Below, in pieces: positions 46,391-55,370 of a DNA stretch of 64,000 bases. The first letter of the stretch is position 1. Each line of letters starts with the position of its first letter. Source of the stretch: Tetramitus jugosus (Eukaryota > Protista > Heterolobosea); contig OW569363.1 of NCBI GenBank assembly GCA_937625935.1, positions 124,001 through 188,000 on the forward strand, given 5' to 3'. The notes below the pieces were generated by a model. That model saw nothing but the letters and a program-made list of their open reading frames with translations. It had not been told where the DNA came from and did no database searches. A program made the translations under genes and the position numbers.

Positions 46391-47701
46391 TTTTTTTTTT
46401 GTTCCATACAACCATGTGTGCTTGCGCAGCAAGCGCACGATTGCTCATTTATTGACTTGTTTTGTGAGTGACGACCCGTAGGGCGTCATTCACTCTTCTT
46501 CTCTTGTTGTCCCCGACGGTGCACCTACAGGTTGAAAGAATCACTCAGGTGAGTGTTTTGGTTGATGCTCTTCATCAAAGAGCGTAACCTTGTAGTAGGA
46601 CCGCCGATGGACACAGAGCCATCTGTTGTTTTTTTCTTGTCTTGGGCCTTGTTGCTCCTCAGATCACCCAGTGTGATCCTGGCACTCCTTTTCTTGTTGT
46701 CATTGAGTTGTGGACTTTGAATCTCCTTTTCGGAGTCATCATCCACATCCACAATGACTGGTTCGTCCTCAGTCAAACCATACCTTTTGCGTGCACTGGC
46801 CAGTGCCAATGCAGCAATTTCCTTCTTCACTCTGGCAAAAACTGGAGAAGTGGCATTCACTTGCTCCAGGATTTGCTGATTTTGAGTGCTGAGCTGTGCA
46901 ACAGGCACTGTTGGCAGTGGTGTTGCACTCCTTTGTCCTTCTGCCTCCATTATATCAGGAGCAGTTCTTTGTGCAACTTCTTGTTCCGGTATTGGAACCG
47001 GTTTGTTGCCCTCTAGACCCTTTGTCTTAGCCAATTCCTTGGTGAGTTCTGTGACCTGTCGACGCAGTGCGTCAACCACCGTCAGCAGCTCCTCGTACAT
47101 CTTCGTCAACCTCTTGTTGACAGCCTTGAGAGGATCATGTGGTCTCTCGACGTATCGAGTGACCGTGGCCTTTACCTTGTTCTCTCCACTGAGCACTGCT
47201 TGTGCATAGGTTTCATCACCCATGACCACGAAAGCAGTGTCACGCTTCTTGAGCACACTGGCGACCTTTTCAGGTCCCAGTAGCTTCTTGATGTCGTCCA
47301 CTGACATGTTCTTCATGCCATGGACGACCACCTTTCTTGTGCAATCAACACTGCGCTTGGGTGCTGCAGTGCTGTTGCCAATCCTCCTTTGTTTGTTGAA
47401 CAAATCAACAAAGTCGTAGATGCGGTCACCCTTGACCGTCACCCATGCAACAAAGCGTTGCTGGCCTTTCCTCTTGATGACCTGGACTCGGTTGAGCCAG
47501 TCATCAAACTCCTCTCCAATCTTTCTTGCCAATGCTGACTGAGAGACACCATTACCATTGCCAGTAATGACGACCTCTCTGTCACTTGGCCTAGAGCCTT
47601 TCCGTGCAGTGGTCCACACTGCATAACGGCTGTTGCCGTATTCCTTCACCAAATTTGTTGAATCACCAGACATGTGATTCCGTTTTTTTTTCTGCGTTTT
47701 T
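46391..47701 (-). mobile_element. tRNA-upstream retroelement, family B, full length
   Basis: Poly(A) tail (T run 46391-46400); TSD AAAGTTAGTCGGA(TTTT) at 46378-46390 and 47702-47714; 5' end 44 bp from tRNA-Gln. Confidence 0.9.
46525..47673 (-). CDS. Family B ORF1p-like RNA-binding protein (tandem RRM-like + coiled coil), 382 aa
   Basis: EVVITG...RFVAWVTV (RRM 1); RKVVVHGM...DDIKKLL...RDTAFVVM.DE..A (RNP2/RNP1-like, RRM 2); heptads LKAVNKRLTKMYEELLTVVDALRRQVTELTKELAK. Confidence 0.8.
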   Translation of the reverse strand: MSGDSTNLVKEYGNSRYAVWTTARKGSRPSDREVVITGNGNGVSQSALARKIGEEFDDWLNRVQVIKRKGQQRFVAWVTVKGDRIYDFVDLFNKQRRIGNSTAAPKRSVDCTRKVVVHGMKNMSVDDIKKLLGPEKVASVLKKRDTAFVVMGDETYAQAVLSGENKVKATVTRYVERPHDPLKAVNKRLTKMYEELLTVVDALRRQVTELTKELAKTKGLEGNKPVPIPEQEVAQRTAPDIMEAEGQRSATPLPTVPVAQLSTQNQQILEQVNATSPVFARVKKEIAALALASARKRYGLTEDEPVIVDVDDDSEKEIQSPQLNDNKKRSARITLGDLRSNKAQDKKKTTDGSVSIGGPTTRLRSLMKSINQNTHLSDSFNL

Positions 47702-47745
47702 AAAGTTAGTCGGATTTTCGACTAACCTTCAAATACAAATATGAC

Positions 47746-47816
47746 TCTCCTATGGTCTAGTGGTATGATAGCGGACTTTGAATCCGTTGACGGTGGTTCG
47801 ATTCCACCTAGGAGAA
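47746..47816 (+). tRNA. tRNA-Gln (TTG)
   Basis: Acceptor TCTCCTA/TAGGAGA; A box TGGTCTAGTGG; anticodon arm GCGGA-CTTTGAA-TCCGT; T arm GGTGG-TTCGATT-CCACC; T5 run just downstream. Confidence 0.93.
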
Positions 47817-47858
47817 TATTTTTGGCTTACGGAAGCATTCAGATCACAACCAGATCAG

Positions 47859-48635
47859 ATGGATCACGCACCATTTCCAACAGCTCAGCCTCTGGCACTC
47901 CCTGGTCCTCGCTGGTCGCTCAATAGAAGTGATTTAGAAGTTGACGGGAAACCAATCTACATTAACCAATTTACGACCCAAGATAATACTGGAACTGTTC
48001 TATGGGATGCGTCATTTGTTTTGTTAAAGTATTTCGAGAAGAAAGTGGTCACTTTGAATCAAACGAAGAGGAGTAACGATAGTGACGACAAAACAAAAAC
48101 TCTGATACCATTCAAGAGAACGGTGTTAGAACTGGGAAGTGGTACTGGTTTGCTCGGGATTGGCCTCTCATTGCTTCCTTCTCTCGTACAGCGCATTATT
48201 GTGTCAGACAAGGATGATTCCATCAGAAACCTGCGGCACAATGTGCAAGAGAATCAGAATATGCATAACCCTAGTGAAATGCTACCAGTGATTGTTCATG
48301 AAATGGATTGGTTCAATTCAAAGAGCTCGATTGAACAGTTGGAACAGGTAATTGATCTAAAGTCAATCGATACTATTGTGCTTGCGGATTGTGTTTGGCT
48401 TGCTGAACTCGTTCAACCACTCGTTGAAACTGTACAGAATTTGTTGTCGCATGTAAGTGATGATGCCGTAGTGTATGTGTGTAATGAACTGAGGAGTCAA
48501 AGGGTACATGATCTTTTCTTTGACTCATTTCGACATAATACAAGATTTAGTGTGCGAGAGGTCTCCAGATCAAAAATGAACAGGACCTATAGCAGCGATA
48601 AGATATCCATATGGAAGATTAGAATACACCACTAA
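47859..48635 (+). CDS. METTL21-like protein lysine methyltransferase (Methyltransf_16)
   Basis: TG.VLWDAS..L..Y, VLELGSGTGL.G, MDW, IVLADCVW. Confidence 0.9.
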   Translation: MDHAPFPTAQPLALPGPRWSLNRSDLEVDGKPIYINQFTTQDNTGTVLWDASFVLLKYFEKKVVTLNQTKRSNDSDDKTKTLIPFKRTVLELGSGTGLLGIGLSLLPSLVQRIIVSDKDDSIRNLRHNVQENQNMHNPSEMLPVIVHEMDWFNSKSSIEQLEQVIDLKSIDTIVLADCVWLAELVQPLVETVQNLLSHVSDDAVVYVCNELRSQRVHDLFFDSFRHNTRFSVREVSRSKMNRTYSSDKISIWKIRIHH

Positions 48636-48682
48636 TTTTATTTACCAATTGATTGTTCTTCTTCGTCTTCCCTGCTAGCTAA

Positions 48683-51600
48683 CTACTGACTGTTTTCGAC
48701 AGGTTTAATAGTCAAAGCAGGGAGTTTGACACAGACATAGCCCACAAGAGGGCACACTCGACTCTTCTCTCGGATGGATGAGATCAAGGGGCAGTCTGTC
48801 CAAAATATTGTTTGTTCTAATCTGGTACGAAGAGCGATGTAGAGTATGGACGCCCATAGTTCAAATTCCAATGAGTTTTCTGAGGGCAATTGCTCGTACG
48901 TACTCTGTACATGTTGAACCAGTCTTTCAAAATCACCACTTTGCAATCGCTTAGAAAAACTGTTGAAAGATGATATCACCGAATCCAATACACTTTGCGC
49001 ACCAATAGTTTTCATAGTAGGATTTGTCAGTGAGCAGATATTGCGTACGGCAATCGATAGCGCATCAATGATTTCTTCCAAAGTTTGTGCTAGAGAGAAG
49101 CTCATCCAAACTCCCTGTGAGAAATAGATCATAGGTTCGAACTTCAAAAGTAGATCAAAGAAGGGATAAGTGATTACAGATTTAAGCTCACGGTTGTCAG
49201 AGAGAATATTGACCAAGCGATCACAGATTAGTTTCAGTCTCTCAATACGTGGTCGATCAAATCCGAGCTCATTCACAAACTTCAAATCCATGTCAATGTA
49301 CTGTTGATCAGAAATCAGACTAGCCATGGTATTCATAAAGTTATCGGCGAGACCAGATTCATACGATAGGATGGTCACGTATACTGAGATGGCATGTGCG
49401 ACCAGATCTTGACGGAGATTCCTGTCGAATGATAGGAGCTGTTTGGTGCACTGATTGGCCAGTTGGTCAATAGCATTTTTTGGCAACGAAACATCTGTGA
49501 GTGCCATCAGACCCTGTGAGGTTGTTTTCCACGCTTCGAAACAAGTTTTCGCATTTTCGTGAGACAACAGTTGACTGACACCAACTATCAAGGAGTTACG
49601 GATTTCTCTGCTCTTGAATGATAATTGATAGACACTAGACGTAATAGTACGAGGTATTTGCTCATACTCATGAGACAATGAGTTGATGATGACTGGTAAG
49701 ACTCTCTGGACATCTGGCTCCTCTGGATTTGTGGTAGAAGCAACGTAGCGAAGAAGCACGCCAATGATCATTAGTTTTGTATCTTTGTGTGTCTTATGGC
49801 TCTTGAATGAATTCAAAAGCGTCGTGATGAGTTGTGGGGAAGAGAAATCTGTCTTGAATAGCCACACTCTCTTGATCCATGAGAACAATAACTTCTGCAG
49901 TGTGACACTCCAATTTGGATTGAAGATGTCCATTTCCAAGTCAGCTTGTTTTTGATTGATAAAGCCAGATAGGTGCTGTATCCACTGTTGGAGTGGTACA
50001 AAAGAAGAACATCTCATGAGAGCACAATAGTAATAGAGAGCACAATCAGATCTCATAACGTCCAAAATTTCTTGCAACAACTCTTCAGGATGATAGGCAG
50101 TAAGATACTTGGACATTTTTGCAATTCCCATAACATCATCCTTAATCTTTGTTTCTTCTTCTTCCGCAAGAGACAGAATAACATCATCTACCAACTTTCT
50201 GAAGAAAACTGCTTCTTGTTTCTCCACTTGCATACGACCTGCAAATTGGAGTAGCCTTTTCTGGACATGTCCTTGGGGCAAATAGACATGTTTTTGCAGT
50301 TTCATACTATCAGGTGGAACAAATGAGGTCAAGCTGAGATTATGATTGGATGTTAGAGTAATTCTGGCCGTGTTCACCATCATTCGTGTCACCTTGTTCA
50401 TCGTTTCCTCAGAAAGATATCTTTCGATCTTTTGCTCTCTCATAATGTGGGGATTTAGGCAGTAAGTACAATCGGATTGATGGGTCAAAAGGTGATTTGA
50501 ATTCTTGTTCAAGTCATGCAGCTCATCAAATGACATTGTGCAGTTCTCGTTCAATGAAAGGTACCTTTCCACAAGGCTAAATGGTGTTCTCCTTGAAAAG
50601 ACCCATCTCTGAACTGATGAACAGAAGATAAAAGAGGGATCCGTATCGAGTAAACGGGAGAAAATGTCATCAATTTCTTCCGGAGAGTAGAAATATTGAC
50701 TTATGTTCACCAAGTACATTATTCCCTGAATATTGCTCTCCTCTGTAATCATTGGCAAGGTGAACAATGCCGGAACCACTAACGTCTTGTAAAGGTTCAA
50801 GAACTGCTTAGATAAGCAAGCAAGGTCAATGTTTTGCAACAATGTTGCTAGTTCGCCAAATCTCCACTTACTTTCTTGCTCTTGGAAATATTCTAATAAT
50901 GGCTTGGATAAACACTCGAAATTCCAGACTTGATAATCTCTCCTTTGGTCGAAGCCCATACGTTTGACAAGAGACTCACGATCAGAGGTTGAACATGATT
51001 TACCAACATCGAGTGACCACAGGCTCAATTTTTTCTTCTCTTCCTTGTTTCTATATCCACCAGAAACAGTCAGTAAGTAGTTCTGGATAGGTTGACTGGT
51101 TTTGCGCGCAATCAACTTAATCAAAGATCCCCATAGCGCCAATAGTTCATCGTCTTGAACAATATTGGCTCGAATGATGCTATACAGGGTGTTACAATGC
51201 TTTCCCATGTACGAGTCTGGATAGATTCGGTTTCCAAAGAAGTTCATGAACTCATCTCGTTCGTTTGCTAACTTTTCTAACACAAATTTCAGTACATGTT
51301 TCAAATTGGTTCTGTGGTACAAACTAGCAAAGAGCAATGAACTCATGACTACTGCTCGCACCTCCGGTTCTGTATTTGAGCAGTGTTTCTTAAATTCTGT
51401 TAATTGCTCGTCGTTACTGACAGATGACTCAATATACTTCAAGTAAGTACATTTGTTTTGAAACTGCGAGAGTTCAGGGGTGGTCAGTTGAGCAACTCGA
51501 AACTTCTTGTCAGCAATTCTCGATCCCAACTCAGGAATCAAGTGACATAATTGACCAATTTGAATCTTTTTCAACAACCAATTTTCGAATTGTTCTCCGT

Positions 51601-52732
51601 GCTTTTGCCACAGTTGTTTTTGAACTGCCTCCACCTTAGCAAGACCGGAGAGTCGCACAACAGGAATTGATGTTAGGAAACATAAGGCAATTCCAGATTG
51701 TCGATCTGGCACGTTGAAGTCCTTTCCCACGAGAAGTTCAAACAGGCGAACTAGCTGTTGGATAGAGTACTTCTTCACCAAGAGCGATAATCCAGAACTA
51801 AGGGTATACATGGTAATCAATTTCTTACTAGCGTTGCCGTCTTCTAGAAGATCAAGGAAAGCATCAATGTTCAAGGTAAAACTCGCAAAGGGCAAAGAAA
51901 TGCCACAAAACATTCCAGTAGGGTTGGGTCTTTGTTCCAATGGACTCACAAACCAGTCTCTGATGAGTTGGATGACTTTCAAGTTGATCTCTTTGTTCTT
52001 GGAGGCAAGAATTTTGATTACATCTGAATAACGTGTTGCTAATTTCGACATTGGAGCGACGTAGCCGTAGTACGATTTCTTAACAGACTCAGTCAACGAG
52101 CTATGAAGTCGTTGTTGAATTTCTCTTAAGAGTTTCAACACAGCCAAAGGATGATTCTTCACCAAATTCTTGAATATCTTGGGGTCATTCTCATGCAACA
52201 CATTGACGATAATATCTACAATCAAGTCGTCAGATTCATCACCGTTAGGCACTAACCCAGCCAATAGAATCAAGACATTGGCCTTGGAGAAGCTAGCATG
52301 CGCAGCAACACGCATTAACAAATCCTTGTTGATCATACATCTCTTGTGTTGGGAGATTGCCTTCACCAGTGCATTCAGAAATACAGGTGAGTATTGATCG
52401 TTTGTCGGGAACAACAATTCATTGACTTGGTCAACTGACAACAACTTTGAACCGCTCTTAATTGCCAACAAGTACACGTTTGCAGAATATGCCTTGTGGT
52501 TAACCAAGAGCTCAAACAATCGATCAGTGTCTCTATAGGCAAGGAGTAACTTGACACCGAGCAATTGAAAAAGGACACGATTGTTTTGCACAGACAACAA
52601 CTTTTCCAACAAGAGTGATTCTCTGGTCTGAGTCAAGCTGAAGGTGCGTGGGAATGTTTGATAGAGAAACTTATCTTGTTCCAAGGCAGTTTGGAAGGAT
52701 TGGTACTGAACTACAAAATCGTTGATATTCAT
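48683..52732 (-). CDS. Large alpha-helical (HEAT/ARM-like) hypothetical protein, about 1349 aa
   Basis: Single 4-kb uninterrupted Leu-rich helical ORF; no enzymatic motif recognised. Confidence 0.75.
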   Translation of the reverse strand: MNINDFVVQYQSFQTALEQDKFLYQTFPRTFSLTQTRESLLLEKLLSVQNNRVLFQLLGVKLLLAYRDTDRLFELLVNHKAYSANVYLLAIKSGSKLLSVDQVNELLFPTNDQYSPVFLNALVKAISQHKRCMINKDLLMRVAAHASFSKANVLILLAGLVPNGDESDDLIVDIIVNVLHENDPKIFKNLVKNHPLAVLKLLREIQQRLHSSLTESVKKSYYGYVAPMSKLATRYSDVIKILASKNKEINLKVIQLIRDWFVSPLEQRPNPTGMFCGISLPFASFTLNIDAFLDLLEDGNASKKLITMYTLSSGLSLLVKKYSIQQLVRLFELLVGKDFNVPDRQSGIALCFLTSIPVVRLSGLAKVEAVQKQLWQKHGEQFENWLLKKIQIGQLCHLIPELGSRIADKKFRVAQLTTPELSQFQNKCTYLKYIESSVSNDEQLTEFKKHCSNTEPEVRAVVMSSLLFASLYHRTNLKHVLKFVLEKLANERDEFMNFFGNRIYPDSYMGKHCNTLYSIIRANIVQDDELLALWGSLIKLIARKTSQPIQNYLLTVSGGYRNKEEKKKLSLWSLDVGKSCSTSDRESLVKRMGFDQRRDYQVWNFECLSKPLLEYFQEQESKWRFGELATLLQNIDLACLSKQFLNLYKTLVVPALFTLPMITEESNIQGIMYLVNISQYFYSPEEIDDIFSRLLDTDPSFIFCSSVQRWVFSRRTPFSLVERYLSLNENCTMSFDELHDLNKNSNHLLTHQSDCTYCLNPHIMREQKIERYLSEETMNKVTRMMVNTARITLTSNHNLSLTSFVPPDSMKLQKHVYLPQGHVQKRLLQFAGRMQVEKQEAVFFRKLVDDVILSLAEEEETKIKDDVMGIAKMSKYLTAYHPEELLQEILDVMRSDCALYYYCALMRCSSFVPLQQWIQHLSGFINQKQADLEMDIFNPNWSVTLQKLLFSWIKRVWLFKTDFSSPQLITTLLNSFKSHKTHKDTKLMIIGVLLRYVASTTNPEEPDVQRVLPVIINSLSHEYEQIPRTITSSVYQLSFKSREIRNSLIVGVSQLLSHENAKTCFEAWKTTSQGLMALTDVSLPKNAIDQLANQCTKQLLSFDRNLRQDLVAHAISVYVTILSYESGLADNFMNTMASLISDQQYIDMDLKFVNELGFDRPRIERLKLICDRLVNILSDNRELKSVITYPFFDLLLKFEPMIYFSQGVWMSFSLAQTLEEIIDALSIAVRNICSLTNPTMKTIGAQSVLDSVISSFNSFSKRLQSGDFERLVQHVQSTYEQLPSENSLEFELWASILYIALRTRLEQTIFWTDCPLISSIREKSRVCPLVGYVCVKLPALTIKPVENSQ

Positions 52733-53108
52733 TGTTACTTGAATGTAATTGATTGTTTTTGGAGTCTTGGGTTGTTTGTCGTCAATAAATGGGATGAGTT
52801 TTTGATACTTCCTGCAGGAAAATGTCACATGAGCCAATCAGATTTTCGTGATCCTTCACCATAATTCCATTTTAGGAAGAAGGATTCTTGCCATTCGTGT
52901 TGGCATCTGATAATTGACTCCAGCAGTGGAGGATTGCATCAGGTTCAACCCCGCATCTCGGCATCATCGTACAAATCGTTCCGTACTACTGGTTGCAGAA
53001 CCAACTGTCGATCAACAAATGTATTCTTGGGAAAGTCGAACTGATTCTTACGTTTCATTACAGCGACGTACTGTACCTTGCCTTGTCGACAGTGTTAAAT
53101 CGTCTCAT

Positions 53109-53692
53109 GGGCGTCATTCACTCTTCTTCTCTTGTGGTTCCCGACGGTGCATCTACAGGTTGGAAGAATCAACCTTTTGCGAGCAGCAGCTGTTTTTTTG
53201 AATACAACCAGTGGTTGCGCTGTTTATTCTGTGTTTCTTCTCTTTGCACAAGGTAACTAATGGCTGTTAAATTATTTTTGTTGTTGATGCTCGCATCAAG
53301 TTCTTTGGAGCTAGTGAAGAGCATCACTTCAAGACCCCTCCTCTTGGTGTACAATAGTTTGGCTTTTCTCTGCTACGTCCTTCGTCATTCCATTCTTCGT
53401 TAATCCTCTCGTTACTTGGTGGCGCAGGTCGTCCACCACAGCCAGGAGCTCTTGATACATCTTGGTCAGCCTCTTGCTGACAGCCTTGACAGGGTCACGT
53501 GGGCGTGGAAGGAAGCGCTTTGCTTCCACCTCCACTGGCATGTCTTGAACGTTCCGAAGCAAAGCTTCGGCATACGTTTCAGACTCCATCACAACAAAGG
53601 CAGTGTTGTGCTTCTTGAGCACATTCTTGACGTCGTGGATTCTCATACTCACGAACAACAGGGGTGTGTGTTCGTTTTTTCATCGGCGTTTT
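53109..53692 (-). mobile_element. Chimeric, 3'-incomplete tRNA-upstream element (A-deletion 5' part + unique segment + B-like 3' part)
   Basis: 53414-53692 is near-identical to the 5' part of the 56796 copy, including its deletion junction; 53109-53171 matches the family B ORF end and 3' UTR; 5' end is about 55 bp from tRNA-Asp; no poly(A) or TSD seen. Confidence 0.8.
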
Positions 53693-53747
53693 CCTTTCAG
53701 TTGCTGGCTTTCCACCGTCAAATATCGTAAAAACAATTAATTCAACA

Positions 53748-53818
53748 TTGGTCATGGTATAGGGGTAGCATTCCAGACTGTCACTCTGGCGACCCGGGTT
53801 CGATTCCCGGTGATCGAG
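53748..53818 (+). tRNA. tRNA-Asp (GTC)
   Basis: Acceptor TTGGTCA/TGATCGA with G73; anticodon arm CCAGA-CTGTCAC-TCTGG; T arm CCGGG-TTCGATT-CCCGG; TTTT downstream. Confidence 0.93.
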
Positions 53819-53833
53819 AACTTTTGTGTTTCT

Positions 53834-54823
53834 TTATTGGTTTTGGGTTGGTTGTGGGCCGGTCAGTGTCTTCATCTGTTGTTTGTATCGATCCAACTCC
53901 ACTCTCAACTGTATATTCTCTTCTTTGTATTTTAGATTGTCCTGAGATAAGTGATTCACTTGATTTTGGAGTTCTTCCAACGTGTTCAAAATATTGACAA
54001 CAGGCTGCTCTTGTTGTTGCAAGAGGCCACTACTACCTGTTGCGTTCTGTTGCCCTGTCGAAGGGTTCGCTGAGGAATAGACATAAGTCTGCTGAGCAGT
54101 CACTGCACGCGAAAGAATCGAGCTCGAAGGGTGAAGTGCCGCTTGGTGCAACACGTTAGAATTACTCTGAAGTTGAGCGTACAAGGCGTTTAAAATCTTC
54201 ATTTGCTTCGATGTTGTGTCCTGAATATTTTTCACTTGGGTAGCCAGAGATTTTAAAAGATCATTGTTCGGTGCGCCACTACTCGATGTGCTCATTGATT
54301 GCGGGTGCTGCTGTTGACCAGTTGGGATACTCATGAGCATAGATAGACTATCAGATGAGTTGGGTGTACTGCTGGAGGAACTACAGGGAGAAGTTGTTGT
54401 GATAGCATGAGAGTGCCTTCTGTTTGACAATTGACTCGCAGTGCTGCTTGACCGTGAGCTCGATGTTGACTTGTTGGACTTCACTTCAGTGATTTGAAAC
54501 CGCCCAATGCTCGAAGGAGGTGTAGTGGCTGTCGAGATTTCTGGTCGATGAGGAGGAGCCGTGTCTGCTCCAGCGACCATCGTCTGTGTCGTCGTTCTGC
54601 CATGTGCAATGATTGGATGACTGGAACTGCGTGTCAATGGAGAGGTGGGCCGAGGTGGTAGAGTCTTTAATTCGGTCAAGTTCACCGGAGGTTGTCTCTT
54701 GGGAGCAACGGGCGGAAGTGGTCCCTCCTTTGGGTTGCGTTGTGCGTTATGACTCTCGTTTGTGAAACTGCCCATCATTGATGACTTTGGTGTTGCTGTT
54801 GTTGTTGGTTGTTCAGAGCTCAT
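53834..54823 (-). CDS. Ser/Pro-rich protein with RFxI motif and C-terminal coiled coil
   Basis: 329-aa ORF; GRFQIT; heptad repeat LEELQNQVNHLSQDNLKYKEENIQLRVEL. Confidence 0.7.
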   Translation of the reverse strand: MSSEQPTTTATPKSSMMGSFTNESHNAQRNPKEGPLPPVAPKRQPPVNLTELKTLPPRPTSPLTRSSSHPIIAHGRTTTQTMVAGADTAPPHRPEISTATTPPSSIGRFQITEVKSNKSTSSSRSSSTASQLSNRRHSHAITTTSPCSSSSSTPNSSDSLSMLMSIPTGQQQHPQSMSTSSSGAPNNDLLKSLATQVKNIQDTTSKQMKILNALYAQLQSNSNVLHQAALHPSSSILSRAVTAQQTYVYSSANPSTGQQNATGSSGLLQQQEQPVVNILNTLEELQNQVNHLSQDNLKYKEENIQLRVELDRYKQQMKTLTGPQPTQNQ

Positions 54824-55370
54824 TCTCTGGTTTTGGATGATCGAAAAGGTTTGGGGATCAGCAGGTGCTAATTGTTAAAAGCCGAGATTAAAACTCGTGT
54901 AGGAATGAAAATAATATCAATACTTGTGTATTCCACAAGGGTGTATTGTTCTCAATTTTTAGGTTGTCTTGCTTCAAATCCGACCGTTCAAAGTTGCAAT
55001 CCATTCATTTTTTATTTTTGGTTATTATTCGATTTTGGATCTTTTTGGGGAATTCCTGAAATTCTGCCTTGTCAACCAGGTCACATTCGTGAAGCCTCCA
55101 CCGGTTGCTTGAGTTCCTTGTGCAAGACGATATCGAAGGGCCAACATTGATCAGGTTCAGAACTTTATGACAATTGAACTCAAATAGTGCCAATAGAGTC
55201 CCAGAGTTTCGCATCATAAAACCAACACACAAATTGTTGTCTCCTTAAAAATGCCCATATCGATCGAAGAGTTGATTTGACGAGTCAGATAAAAGTGAGA
55301 AATGACCGAGTTTTTGTGATTGTTGAATTTGCTTTACCATGGGAAAAAAAAAGTTTTTGCTGAAATGATC

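Noticed and set aside
45272-47624. Antisense and alternative-frame ORFs over the elements (e.g. 45729-46385, 46642-47016; likewise 57046-57549)
   Set aside because: Shadow ORFs with no motifs; the between-copy substitutions I checked are synonymous in the RRM frame.
48683-52837. The large ORF as the missing ORF2 (RT/endonuclease) of the tRNA-Asp element, since it is on the same strand just downstream
   Set aside because: No RT, APE or restriction-like endonuclease motifs recognised, and no poly(A) or TSD matching the Asp flank after it.
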